Made by a program: the position numbers and the translations under genes
The notes under the pieces: model-generated
The model's database searches: none
Seen by the model: only the letters and a program-made list of their open reading frames with translations
What the model was told of the DNA's origin: nothing
In this document: positions 38,801 through 52,531 of the stretch, piece by piece
How positions within the stretch are numbered: the first letter of the stretch is position 1
Layout: each line of letters opens with the position of its first letter
Assembly (NCBI GenBank): GCA_965235115.1
Contig: OZ249436.1
Coordinates: 52,020,001-52,084,000, forward strand
DNA: 64,000 nt
Source of the DNA: Laetmonice hystrix
Taxonomy: Eukaryota
Reading direction: 5' to 3'

Positions 38801-41664
38801 TGATACGTCCAATCGACACTACGCCGCCCCCCCCACCCCCCCCCCCCATAATTATGATTCTTAGGCCTGATGTATGACTATCAAACGTATAGGTCTCGTA
38901 CGTTCGGTACAGATATATCTGGTTGTGATGTGTAGGCCAATGTACACTTCCCATTTGAGTACCTTTTCCAGATTTTAACATTAGATGCTCCTCGCCTGTA
39001 GCTTTCTTTTTCCACAACCTCACTGTAGAGTTTGCATGGCTACTACGCCAGTCTGTAAAATGTAGGGACTTCTCACTGTACTGGTTGGCCTCCTACACTG
39101 CTTGGCCCCACAGTGTACTGTTTGGCCTCACTGTAGTGTTCGCTTGGCTGCTAGGCCGGCCAGTAGGCCTATACCCTGTAGCGATTCCCCCTGTACTGTT
39201 TGGCCTCCCTGTACCGTTTGCTTGTATACAAGAGTAGCCAGTAGTATAGGGACGCCTCATGTTTCATGTTTCCATGCCTTTATTGTCCAGGAGGCAGGCC
39301 ATACGTTTCGTCTATATCATCTACTCCAATCTAACCTGTGTCCCCTACAGACCATCTGTAAGCGTCCGACAACGTTGTGAGGTCGTCCCAATGACTGTTT
39401 GCCGTCAAGGTTTAGTTAACAATGGCAAATGACGTTGTACGCCTTTTCTATATCAGATATCCCATCCCCAAGTAACAAACAAACAAAGAAGGATGACACA
39501 GAGATGTTGCAGGCAGAAAACACCAGGGTGCAGTGAAGGGGAGGCGGCCGCTGCGACTGCACTGCTACCTTCCGGCTAGCGGTGAAACCACCACCTGGCC
39601 GGGCTGGCAGGCACCTGTGGCTCTGAGGCGAGAGACAGGTTAAAGCAATGATAAGTGAAGAAAGGCTACAATTTTTTATACGTCCAATCGAAACTACGCC
39701 CCCCGATAATTATGATTCTTAGGCCAGATGTATGACTATCAAAAGTATAGGTCTCGTACGTTCGCTACAGATATATCTGGTTGTGATGTGTAGGCCAATG
39801 TACACTTCCCATTTGAGTATCTTTTCCAGATTCTAACATTAGATGCTCCTCGCCTGTAGCTTTCTTTTTCCACAACCTCACTGTAGTGTTTGCATAGCTA
39901 CTACGCCAGTCTGTAAGATGTAGGGACTTCTCACTCTACTGGTCGGCCTCCTACACTGCTTGGCCCCACAGTGTACTGTTTGGCCTCACTGTAGTGTTCG
40001 CTTGGCTGCTAGGCCGGTCAGTATACCCTGTAGCGATTCCCCCTGTACTGTTTGGCCTCCCTGTACCGTTTGCTTGTATACAAGAGTAACCAGTAGTATA
40101 GGGACGCCTCATGTTCCATGTTTCCTTGCCTTTATTGGCCAGGAGGCAGGCCATACGTTTCGTCTATCATCTACTCCCATCTAATCTGTGTCCCCTACAG
40201 ACCATCTGTAAGCGTCCGACAACGTTGTGAGGTCGTCCCAATGACTGTTTGCCGTCAAGGTTTAGTTAACAATGGCAAATGACGTTTTACGCCTTTTCTA
40301 TATCAGATATCCCATCCCCAAGTAACAAACAAACAAGGAAGGATGACACAGAGATGTTGCAGGCAGAAAACACCAGGGTGCAGTAAAGGGGCGGCGGCCG
40401 CTGCGACTGCACTGCTACCTTCCGGCTAGCGGTGGAACCACCACCTGGCCGGGCTGGCAGGCACCTGTGGCTCTGAGGCGAGAGACAGGCTAAAGCAATG
40501 ATAAGCGAAGAAAGGCTACATTTTTAATACGTCCAATCGAAACTACGCCCCCCCCCCCCCCCCATAATTATGATTCTTAGGCCAGATGTATGACTATCAA
40601 ACGTATAGGTCTCGTACGTTCGGTACAGATATATCTGGTTGTGATGTGTAGGCCAATGTACACTTCCCATTTGAGTACCTTTTCCAGATTTTAACATTAG
40701 ATGCTCCTCGCCTGTAGCTTTCTTTTTCCACAACCTCACTGTAGTGTTTGCATGGCTACTACGCCAGTCTGTAAGATGTAGGGACTTCTCACTCTACTGG
40801 TTGGCCTCCTACACTTCTTGGCCCCACAGTGTACTGTTTGACCTCACTGTAGTGTTCGCTTGGCTGCTAGGCCGGCCAGTAGGCCTATACCCTGTAGCGA
40901 TTCCCCCTGTACTGTTTGGCCTCCCTGTACCGTTTGCTTGTATACAAGAGTAGCCAGTAGTATAGGGACGCCTCCTGTTTCATGTTTCTATGCCTTTATT
41001 GTCCAGGAGGCAGGCCATACGTTTCGTCTATCATCTACTCCCATCTAATCTGTGTCCCTTACAGACCATCTGTAAGCGTCCGACAACGTTGTGAGGTCGT
41101 CCCAATGACTGTTTGCCGTCAAGGTTTAGTTAACAATGGCAAATGACGTTGTACGCCTTTTCTATATCAGATATCCCATCCCCAAGTAACAAACAAACAA
41201 AGAAGGATGACACAGAGATGTTGCAGGCAGAAAACACCAGGGTGCAGTGAAGGGGAGGCGGCCGCTGCGACTGCACTGCTACCTTCCGGCTAGCGGTGAA
41301 ACCACCACCTGGCCGGGCTGGCAGGCACCTGTGGCTCTGAGGCGAGAGACAGGTTAAAGCAATGATAAGCGAAGAAAGGCTACATTTTTTTATACGTCCA
41401 ATCGAAACTACGCCCCCCGATAATTATGATTCTTAGGCCAGATGTATGACTATCAAAAGTATAGGTCTCGTACGTTCGCTACAGATATATCTGGTTGTGA
41501 TGTGTAGGCCAATGTACACTTCCCATTTGAGTACCTTTTCCAGATTTTAACATTAGATGCTCCTCGCCTGTAGCTTTCTTTTTCCACAACCTCACTGTAG
41601 TGTTTGCATGGCTAATACGCCAGTCTGTAAGATGTAGGGACTTCTCACTCTACTGGTTGGCCTC

Positions 41665-41916
41665 TGGCCGAGTGGTCTAAGGTGTCGGCTCCATCATGAC
41701 ACCTAGGACCATCGCCTCACACCGCTGCGACCCGGGTTCGATTCCCGGCTTGGGCTGCATGTGTGAAAGGTTTGTCAGTCAGTTCCTTCCCGAAGGTCGG
41801 TGGTTTCCTCCGGGTACTCCGGTTTCCTCCACCAAGAAAAACTGACTTTCATCTCATCTTCACCGCCGTGATATGACCCTGGCTGTTGCAAGGCGTAAAA
41901 CCCCAAATACCCACCC
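41665..41916 (+). mobile_element. Same SINE family, independent insertion in the opposite orientation, 5'-truncated by ~12 nt
   Basis: Starts TGGCCGAGTGGTCTAAGG, has B box GGTTCGATTCC and ends CCCCAAATACCCACCC. The 13-bp TSD ACTGGTTGGCCTC lies at 41652-41664 and 41917-41929, a different monomer position from copies 1-5. Confidence 0.95.
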
Positions 41917-42713
41917 ACTGGTTGGCCTCCTACACTGCTTGGCACGACAGTGTACTGCTGGCCTCACTGTAGTGTTCGCTTGGCTGCTAGGCCGGCCAGT
42001 ATACCCTGTAGCGATTCCCCCTGTACTGTTTGGCCTCCCTGTACCGTTTGCTTGTATACAAGACTAGCCAGTAGTATAGGGACGCCTCATGTTTCATGTT
42101 TCTATGCCTTTATTGTCCAGGAGGCAGGCCATACGTTTCATCTATATAATCTAGTCCAATCTAATCTGTGTCCCCTACAGACCATCTGTAAGCGTCCGAC
42201 AACGTTGTCAGGTCGTCCCAATGACTGTTTGCCGTCAAGGTTTAGTTAACAATGGCAAATGACGTTGTACGCCTTTTCTATATCAGATATCCCATCCCCA
42301 AGTAACAAACAAACAAAGAAACATGACACAGAGATGTTGCAGGCAGAAAAACCAGGGTGCAGTGAAGGGGCGGCGGCCGCTGCGACTGCACTGCTACCTT
42401 CCGGCTAGCGGTGGAACCACCACCTGGCCGGGCTGGCAGGCACCTGTGGCTCTGAGGCGAGAGACAGGTTAAAGCAATGATAAGCGAAAAAGGGCTACAT
42501 TTTTTTATACGTCCAATCGAAACTACGCCCCCCATAATTATGATTCTTAGGCAAGATGTATGACTATCAAAAGTATAGGTCTCGTACGTTCGCTACAGAT
42601 ATATCTGGTTGTGATGTGTAGGCCAATGTACACTTCCCATTTGAGTACCTTTTCCAGATTTTAACATTAGATGCTCCTCGCCTGTAGCTTTCTTTTTCCA
42701 CAACCTCACTGTA

Positions 42714-45700
42714 GTGTTTGCATGGCTACTACGCCAGTCTGTAAAATGTAGGGACTTCTCACTCTACTGGTTGGCCTCCTACACTGCTTGGCCCCACAGT
42801 GTACTGTTTGGCCTCACTGTAGTGTTCGCTTGGCTGCTAGGCCGGCCAGTAGGCCTATACCCTGTAGCGATTCCCCCTGTACTGTTTGGCCTCCCTGTAC
42901 CGTTTGCTTGTATACAAGAGTAGCCAGTAGTATAGGGACGCCTCATGTTTCATGTTTCCATGCCTTTATTGTCCAGGAGGCAGGCCATACGTTTCGTCTA
43001 TATCATCTACTCCAATCTAACCTGTGTCCCCTACAGACCATCTGTAAGCGTCCGACAACGTTGTCAGGTCGTCCCAATGACTGTTTGCCGTAAAGGTTTA
43101 GTTAACAATGGCAAATGACGTTGTACGCCTTTTCTATATCAGATATCCCATCCCCAAGTAACAAACAAACAAAGAAGGATGAAACAGAGATGTTGCAGGC
43201 AGAAAACACCAGGGTGCAGTGAAGGGGCGGCGGCCGCTGCGACTGCACTGCTACCTTCCGGCTAGCGGTGAAACCACCACCTGGCCGGGCTGGCAGGCAC
43301 CTGTGGCTCTGAGGCGAGAGACAGGTTAAAGCAATGATAAGCGAAAAAAGGCTACATTTTTGATACGTCCAATCGAAACTACGCCACCCATAATTATGAT
43401 TCTTAGGCCAGATGTATGACGATCAAACGTATAGGTCTCGTACGTTCGCTACAGATATATCTGGTAAGTTGTGATGTGTAGGCCAATGTACACTTCCCAT
43501 TTGAGTATCTTTTCCAGATTCTAACATTAGATGCTCCTCGCCTGTAGCTTTCTTTTTCCACAACCTCACTGTAGTGTTTGCATGGCTACTACGCCAGTCT
43601 GTAAGATGTAGGGACTTCTCACTCTACTGGTTGGCCTCCTACACTGCTTGGCCCCACAGTGTACTGTTTGGCCTCACTGTAGTGTTCGCTTGGCTGCTAG
43701 GCCGGTCAGTATACCCTGTAGCGATTCCCCCTGTACTGTTTGGCCTCCCTGTACCGTTTGCTTGTATACAAGAGTAGCCAGTAGTATAGGGACGCCTCAT
43801 GTTCCATGTTTCCATGCCTTTATTGTCCAGGAGGCAGGCCATACGTTTCGTCTATATCATCTACTCCAATCTAATCTGTGTCCCCTACAGACCATCTGTA
43901 AGCGTCCGACAATGTTGTGAGGTCGTCCCAATGACTGTTTGCCGTCAAGGTTTAGTTAACAATGGCAAATGACGTTTTACGCCTTTTCTATATCAGATAT
44001 CCCATCCCCAAGTAACAAACAAACAAGGAAGGATGACACAGAGATGTTCCAGGCAGAAAACACCAGGGTGCAGTGAAGGGGCGGCGGCCGCTGCGACTGC
44101 ACTGCTACTTTCCGGCTAGCGGTGGAACCACCACCTGGCCGGGCTGGCAGGCACCTGTGGCTCTGAGGCGAGAGACAGGTTAAAGCAATGATAAGCGAAG
44201 AAAGGCTACATTTTTGATACGTCCAATCGAAACTACGCCCCCCCCCCATAAGCCCCCCCCCCCATAATTATGATTCTTAGGCCAGATGTATGACTATCAA
44301 ACGTATAGGTCTCGTACGTTCGGTACAGATATATCTGGTTGTGATGTGTAGGCCAATGTACACTTCCCATTTGAGTACCTTTTCCAGATTTTAACATTAG
44401 ATGCTCCTCGCCTGTAGCTTTCTTTTTCCACAACCTCACTGTAGTGTTTGCATGGCTACTACGCCAGTCTGTAAGATGTAGGGACTTCTCACTCTACTGG
44501 TTGGCCTCCTACACTTCTTGGCCCCACAGTGTACTGTTTGGCCTCACTGTAGTGTTCGCTTGGCTGTTAGGCCGGCCAGTAGGCCTATACCCTGTAGCGA
44601 TTCCCCCTGTACTGTTTGGCCTCCCTGTACCGTTTGCTTGTATACAAGAGTAGCCAGTAGTATAGGGACGCCTCCTGTTTCATGTTTCTATGCCTTTATT
44701 GTCCAGGAGGCAGGCCATACGTTTCGTCTATCATCTACTCCCATCTAATCTGTGTCCCTTACAGACCATCTGTAAGCGTCCGACAACGTTGTGAGGTCGT
44801 CCCAATGACTGTTTGCCGTCAAGGTTTAGTTAACAATGGCAAATGACGCTGTACGCCTTTTCTATATCAGATATCCCATCCCCAAGTAACAAACAAACAA
44901 AGAAGGATGACACAGAGATGTTGCAGGCAGAAAACACCAGGGTGCAGTGAAGGGGAGGCGGCCGCTGCGACTGCACTGCTACCTTCCGGCTAGCGGTGAA
45001 ACCACCACCTGGCCGGGCTGGCAGGCACCTGTGGCTCTGAGGCGAGAGACAGGTTAAAGCAATGATAAGCGAAGAAAGGCTACATTTTTGATACGTCCAA
45101 TCGAAACTACGCCCCCCCCCCCATAATTATGATTCTTAGGCCAGATGTATGACTATCAAACGTATAGGTCTCGTACGTTCGGTACAGATATATCTGGTTG
45201 TGATGTGTAGGCCAATGTACACTTACCATTTGAGTACCTTTTCCAGATTTTAACATTAGATGCTCCTCGCCTGTAGCTTTCTTTTTCCACAACCTCACTG
45301 TAGTGTTTGCATGGCTACTACGCCAGTCTGTAAGATGTAGGGACTTCTCACTCTACTGGTTGGCCTCCTACACTGCTTGGCCCCACAGTGTACTGTTTGG
45401 CCTCACTGTAGTGTTCGCTTGGCTGCTAGGCCGGTCAGTATACCCTGTAGCGATTCCCCCTGTACTGTTTGGCCTCCCTGTACCGTTTGATTGTATACAA
45501 GAGTAGCCAGTAGTATAGGGACGCCTCATGTTCCATGTTTCCATGCCTTTATTGTCCAGGAGGCAGGCCATACGTTTCGTCTATCATCTACTCCCATCTA
45601 ATCTGTGTCCCTTACAGACCATCTGTAAGCGTCCGACAACGTTGTCAGGTCGTCCCAATGACTGTTTGCCGTCAAGGTTTAGTTAACAATGGCAAATGAC

Positions 45701-48700
45701 GTTGTACGCCTTTTCTATATCAGATATCCCATCCCCAAGTAACAAACAAACAAAGAAGGATGACACAGAGATGTTGCAGGCAGAAAACACCAGGGTGCAG
45801 TGAAGGGGCGGCGGCCGCTGCGACTGCACTGCTACCTTCCGGCTAGCGGTGAAACCACCACCTGGCCGGGCTGGCAGGCACCTGTGGCTCTGAGGCGAGA
45901 GACAGGTTAAAGCAATGATAAGCGAAAAAAGGCTACATTTTTGATACGTCCAATCGAAACTATACGCCCCCCATAATTATGATTCTTGGGCCAGATGTAT
46001 GACTATCAAACGTATAGGTCTCGTACGTTCGCTACAGATATATCTGGTTGTGATGTGTAGGCCAGTGTACACTTCCCATTTGAGTATCTTTTCCAGATTT
46101 TAACATTAGATGCTCCTCGCCTGTAGCTTTCTTTTTCCACAACCTCACTGTAGTGTTTGCATGGCTACTACGCCAGTCTGTAAGATGTAGGGACTTCTCA
46201 CTCTACTGGTTGGCCTCCTACACTGCTTGGCCCCACAGTGTACTGCTGGCCTCACTGTAGTGTTCGCTTGGCTGCTAGGCCGGCCAGTATACCCTGTAGC
46301 GATTCCCCCTGTACTGTTTGGCCTCCCTGTACCGTTTGCTTGTATACAAGACTAGCCAGTAGTATAGGGACGCCTCATGTTTCATGTTTCCATGCCTTTA
46401 TTGTCCAGCAGGCAGGCCATACGTTTCGTCTATATCATCTACTCCAATCTAATCTGTGTCCCCTACAGACCATCTCTAAGCGTCCGACAACGTTGTCAGG
46501 TCGTCCCAATGACTGTTTGCCGTAAAGGTTTAGTTAACAATAGCAAATGACGTTTTACGCCTTTTCTATATCAGATATCCCATCCCCAAGTAACAAACAA
46601 ACAAAGAAACATGACACAGAGATGTTGCAGGCAGAAAAACCAGGGTGCAGTGAAGGGGCGGCGGCCGCTGCGACTGCACTGCTACCTTCCGGCTAGCGGT
46701 GGAACCACCACCTGGCCGGGCTGGCAGGCACCTGTGGCTCTGAGGCGAGAGACAGGTTAAAGCAATGATAAGCGAAAAAGGGCTACATTTTTTTATACGT
46801 CCAATCGAAACTACGCCCCCCATAATTATGATTCTTAGGCAAGATGTATGACTATCAAACGTATAGGTCTCGTACGTTCGCTACAGATATATCTGGTTGT
46901 GATGTGTAGGCCAATGTACACTTCCCATTTGAGTACCTTTTCCAGATTTTAACATTAGATGCTCCTCGCCTGTAGCTTTCTTTTTCCACAACCTCACTGT
47001 AGTGTTTGCATGGCTACTACGCCAGTCTGTAAAATGTAGGGACTTCTCACTCTACTGGTTGGCCTCCTACACTGCTTGGCCCCACAGTGTACTGTTTGGC
47101 CTCACTGTAGTGTTCGCTTGGCTGCTAGGCCGGCCAGTAGGCCTATACCCTGTAGCGATTCCCCCTGTACTGTTTGGCCTCCCTGTACCGTTTGCTTGTA
47201 TACAAGAGTAGCCAGTAGTATAGGGACGCCTCATGTTTCATGTTTCCATGCCTTTATTGTCCAGGAGGCAGGCCATACGTTTCGTCTATATCATCTACTC
47301 CAATCTAACCTGTGTCCCCTACAGACCATCTGTAAGCGTCCGACAACGTTGTCAGGTCGTCCCAATGACTGTTTGCCGTAAAGGTTTAGTTAACAATGGC
47401 AAATGACGTTGTACGCCTTTTCTATATCAGATATCCCATCCCCAAGTAACAAACAAACAAAGAAGGATGAAACAGAGATGTTGCAGGCAGAAAACACCAG
47501 GGTGCAGTGAAGGGGCGGCGGCCGCTGCGACTGCACTGCTACCTTCCGGCTAGCGGTGAAACCACCACCTGGCCGGGCTGGCAGGCACCTGTGGCTCTGA
47601 GGCGAGAGACAGGTTAAAGCAATGATAAGCGAAAAAAGGCTACATTTTTGATACGTCCAATCGAAACTACGCCACCCATAATTATGATTCTTAGGCCAGA
47701 TGTATGACGATCAAACGTATAGGTCTCGTACGTTCGCTACAGATATATCTGGTAAGTTGTGATGTGTAGGCCAATGTACACTTCCCATTTGAGTATCTTT
47801 TCCAGATTCTAACATTAGATGCTCCTCGCCTGTAGCTTTCTTTTTCCACAACCTCACTGTAGTGTTTGCATGGCTACTACGCCAGTCTGTAAGATGTAGG
47901 GACTTCTCACTCTACTGGTTGGCCTCCTACACTGCTTGGCCCCACAGTGTACTGTTTGGCCTCACTGTAGTGTTCGCTTGGCTGCTAGGCCGGTCAGTAT
48001 ACCCTGTAGCGATTCCCCCTGTACTGTTTGGCCTCCCTGTACCGTTTGCTTGTATACAAGAGTAGCCAGTAGTATAGGGACGCCTCATGTTCCATGTTTC
48101 CATGCCTTTATTGTCCAGGAGGCAGGCCATACGTTTCGTCTATATCATCTACTCCAATCTAATCTGTGTCCCCTACAGACCATCTGTAAGCGTCCGACAA
48201 TGTTGTGAGGTCGTCCCAATGACTGTTTGCCGTCAAGGTTTAGTTAACAATGGCAAATGACGTTTTACGCCTTTTCTATATCAGATATCCCATCCCCAAG
48301 TAACAAACAAACAAGGAAGGATGACACAGAGATGTTCCAGGCAGAAAACACCAGGGTGCAGTGAAGGGGCGGCGGCCGCTGCGACTGCACTGCTACTTTC
48401 CGGCTAGCGGTGGAACCACCACCTGGCCGGGCTGGCAGGCACCTGTGGCTCTGAGGCGAGAGACAGGTTAAAGCAATGATAAGCGAAGAAAGGCTACATT
48501 TTTGATACGTCCAATCGAAACTACGCCCCCCCCCCCCATAAGCCCCCCCCCCCCCCATAATTATGATTCTTAGGCCAGATGTATGACTATCAAACGTATA
48601 GGTCTCGTACGTTCGGTACAGATATATCTGGTTGTGATGTGTAGGCCAATGTACACTTCCCATTTGAGTACCTTTTCCAGATTTTAACATTAGATGCTCC

Positions 48701-51600
48701 TCGCCTGTAGCTTTCTTTTTCCACAACCTCACTGTAGTGTTTGCATGGCTACTACGCCAGTCTGTAAGATGTAGGGACTTCTCACTCTACTGGTTGGCCT
48801 CCTACACTTCTTGGCCCCACAGTGTACTGTTTGGCCTCACTGTAGTGTTCGCTTGGCTGTTAGGCCGGCCAGTAGGCCTATACCCTGTAGCGATTCCCCC
48901 TGTACTGTTTGGCCTCCCTGTACCGTTTGCTTGTATACAAGAGTAGCCAGTAGTATAGGGACGCCTCCTGTTTCATGTTTCTATGCCTTTATTGTCCAGG
49001 AGGCAGGCCATACGTTTCGTCTATCATCTACTCCCATCTAATCTGTGTCCCTTACAGACCATCTGTAAGCGTCCGACAACGTTGTGAGGTCGTCCCAATG
49101 ACTGTTTGCCGTCAAGGTTTAGTTAACAATGGCAAATGACGCTGTACGCCTTTTCTATATCAGATATCCCATCCCCAAGTAACAAACAAACAAAGAAGGA
49201 TGACACAGAGATGTTGCAGGCAGAAAACACCAGGGTGCAGTGAAGGGGAGGCGGCCGCTGCGACTGCACTGCTACCTTCCGGCTAGCGGTGAAACCACCA
49301 CCTGGCCGGGCTGGCAGGCACCTGTGGCTCTGAGGCGAGAGACAGGTTAAAGCAATGATAAGCGAAGAAAGGCTACATTTTTGATACGTCCAATCGAAAC
49401 TACGCCCCCCCCCCCATAATTATGATTCTTAGGCCAGATGTATGACTATCAAACGTATAGGTCTCGTACGTTCGGTACAGATATATCTGGTTGTGATGTG
49501 TAGGCCAATGTACACTTACCATTTGAGTACCTTTTCCAGATTTTAACATTAGATGCTCCTCGCCTGTAGCTTTCTTTTTCCACAACCTCACTGTAGTGTT
49601 TGCATGGCTACTACGCCAGTCTGTAAGATGTAGGGACTTCTCACTCTACTGGTTGGCCTCCTACACTGCTTGGCCCCACAGTGTACTGTTTGGCCTCACT
49701 GTAGTGTTCGCTTGGCTGCTAGGCCGGTCAGTATACCCTGTAGCGATTCCCCCTGTACTGTTTGGCCTCCCTGTACCGTTTGATTGTATACAAGAGTAGC
49801 CAGTAGTATAGGGACGCCTCATGTTCCATGTTTCCATGCCTTTATTGTCCAGGAGGCAGGCCATACGTTTCGTCTATCATCTACTCCCATCTAATCTGTG
49901 TCCCTTACAGACCATCTGTAAGCGTCCGACAACGTTGTCAGGTCGTCCCAATGACTGTTTGCCGTCAAGGTTTAGTTAACAATGGCAAATGACGTTGTAC
50001 GCCTTTTCTATATCAGATATCCCATCCCCAAGTAACAAACAAACAAAGAAGGATGACACAGAGATGTTGCAGGCAGAAAACACCAGGGTGCAGTGAAGGG
50101 GCGGCGGCCGCTGCGACTGCACTGCTACCTTCCGGCTAGCGGTGAAACCACCACCTGGCCGGGCTGGCAGGCACCTGTGGCTCTGAGGCGAGAGACAGGT
50201 TAAAGCAATGATAAGCGAAAAAAGGCTACATTTTTGATACGTCCAATCGAAACTATACGCCCCCCATAATTATGATTCTTGGGCCAGATGTATGACTATC
50301 AAACGTATAGGTCTCGTACGTTCGCTACAGATATATCTGGTTGTGATGTGTAGGCCAGTGTACACTTCCCATTTGAGTATCTTTTCCAGATTTTAACATT
50401 AGATGCTCCTCGCCTGTAGCTTTCTTTTTCCACAACCTCACTGTAGTGTTTGCATGGCTACTACGCCAGTCTGTAAGATGTAGGGACTTCTCACTCTACT
50501 GGTTGGCCTCCTACACTGCTTGGCCCCACAGTGTACTGCTGGCCTCACTGTAGTGTTCGCTTGGCTGCTAGGCCGTCCAGTATACCCTGTAGCGATTCCC
50601 CCTGTACTGTTTGGCCTCCCTGTACCGTTTGCTTGTATACAAGACTAGCCAGTAGTATAGGGACGCCTCATGTTTCATGTTTCCATGCCTTTATTGTCCA
50701 GCAGGCAGGCCATACGTTTCGTCTATATCATCTACTCCAATCTAATCTGTGTCCCCTACAGACCATCTCTAAGCGTCCGACAACGTTGTCAGGTCGTCCC
50801 AATGACTGTTTGCCGTAAAGGTTTAGTTAACAATAGCAAATGACGTTTTACGCCTTTTCTATATCAGATATCCCATCCCCAAGTAACAAACAAACAAAGA
50901 AACATGACACAGAGATGTTGCAGGCAGAAAAACCAGGGTGCAGTGAAGGGGCGGCGGCCGCTGCGACTGCACTGCTACCTTCCGGCTAGCGGTGGAACCA
51001 CCACCTGGCCGGGCTGGCAGGCACCTGTGGCTCTGAGGCGAGAGACAGGTTAAAGCAATGATAAGCGAAAAAGGGCTACATTTTTTTATACGTCCAATCG
51101 AAACTACGCCCCCCATAATTATGATTCTTAGGCAAGATGTATGACTATCAAACGTATAGGTCTCGTACGTTCGGTACAGATATATCTGGTTGTGATGTGT
51201 AGGCCAATGTACACTTCCCATTTGAGTACCTTTTCCAGATTTTAACATTAGATGCTCCTCGCCTGTAGCTTTCTTTTTCCACAACCTCACTGTAGTGTTT
51301 GCATGGCTACTACGCCAGTCTGTAAAATGTAGGGACTTCTCACTCTACTGGTTGGCCTCCTACACTGCTTGGCCCCACAGTGTACTGTTTGGCCTCACTG
51401 TAGTGTTCGCTTGGCTGCTAGGCCGGCCAGTAGGCCTATACCCTGTAGCGATTCCCCCTGTACTGTTTGGCCTCCCTGTACCGTTTGCTTGTATACAAGA
51501 GTAGCCAGTAGTATAGGGACGCCTCTGGTTTCATGTTTCCATGCCTTTATTGTCCACGAGGCAGGCCATACGTTTCGTCTATATCATCTACTCCAATCTA
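42714..51600. repeat. Higher-order repeat: about two copies of a 5-monomer (~4.29 kb) unit without a SINE
   Basis: Variant monomers recur at +4288 to +4293 (42714/47002/51295, 43574/47862, 44444/48737, 45303/49596). Confidence 0.88.
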
Positions 51601-52335
51601 ACCTGTGTCCCCTACAGACCATCTGTAAGCGTCCGACAACGTTGTCAGGTCGTCCCAATGACTGTTTGCCGTCAAGGTTTAGTTAACAATGGCAAATGAC
51701 GTTTTACGCCTTTGCTATATCAGATATCCCATCCCCAAGTAACAAACAAACAAAGAAGGATGACACAGAGATGTTCCAGGCAGAAAACACCAGGGTGCAG
51801 TGAAGGGGCGGCGGCCGCTGCGACTGCACTGCTACCTTCCGGCTAGCGGTGGAACCACCACCTGGCCGGGCTGGCAGGCACCTGTGGCTCTGAGGCGAGA
51901 GACAGGTTAAAGCAATGATAAGCGAAAAAGGGCTACATTTTTGTATACGTCCAATCGAAACTACGCCCCCCATAATTATGATTCTTAGGCCAGATGTATG
52001 ACTATCAAACGTATAGGTCTCGTACGTTCGCTACGGATATATCTGGTTGTGATGTGTAGGCCAATGTACACTTCCCATTTGAGTATCTTTTCCAGATTTT
52101 AACATTAGATGCTCCTCGCCTGTAGCTTTCTTTTTCCACACCCTCACTGTAGTGTTTGCATGGCTACTACGCCAGTCTGTAAGATGTAGGGACTTCTCAC
52201 TCTACTGGTTGGCCTTTTACACTGCTGGGCCCCACAGTGTACTGTTTGGCCTCACTGTAGTGTTCGCTTGGCTGCTAGGCCGGCCAGTAGGCCTATACCC
52301 TGTAGCGATTCCCCCTGTACTGTTTGGCCTCCCAG

Positions 52336-52531
52336 GCCCCGTCTTACTAAACATCGTTATTAACGATATAGTTAACTGCTGGTAAAGTAGGCCGTCGTCA
52401 AGGCGACAACCAGACAACGTTACAACGTTAGCGGCACCCCCTCCCCAGTCGTTAAGATTTCTGGTTATTAACTAGCTATAGGCTAAGTAAGTTAACTAGA
52501 TCGGGCTTAACGATGTTTAGTAAGACGGGCC
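52336..52531. mobile_element. MITE (196 bp), possibly PIF/Harbinger-type, inserted in one monomer
   Basis: 24-bp TIRs GCCCCGTCTTACTAAACATCGTTA / TAACGATGTTTAGTAAGACGGGCC (23/24 match), flanked by CAG on both sides and absent from the other monomers. The superfamily is inferred only from the 3-bp CWG flanks. Confidence 0.88.
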
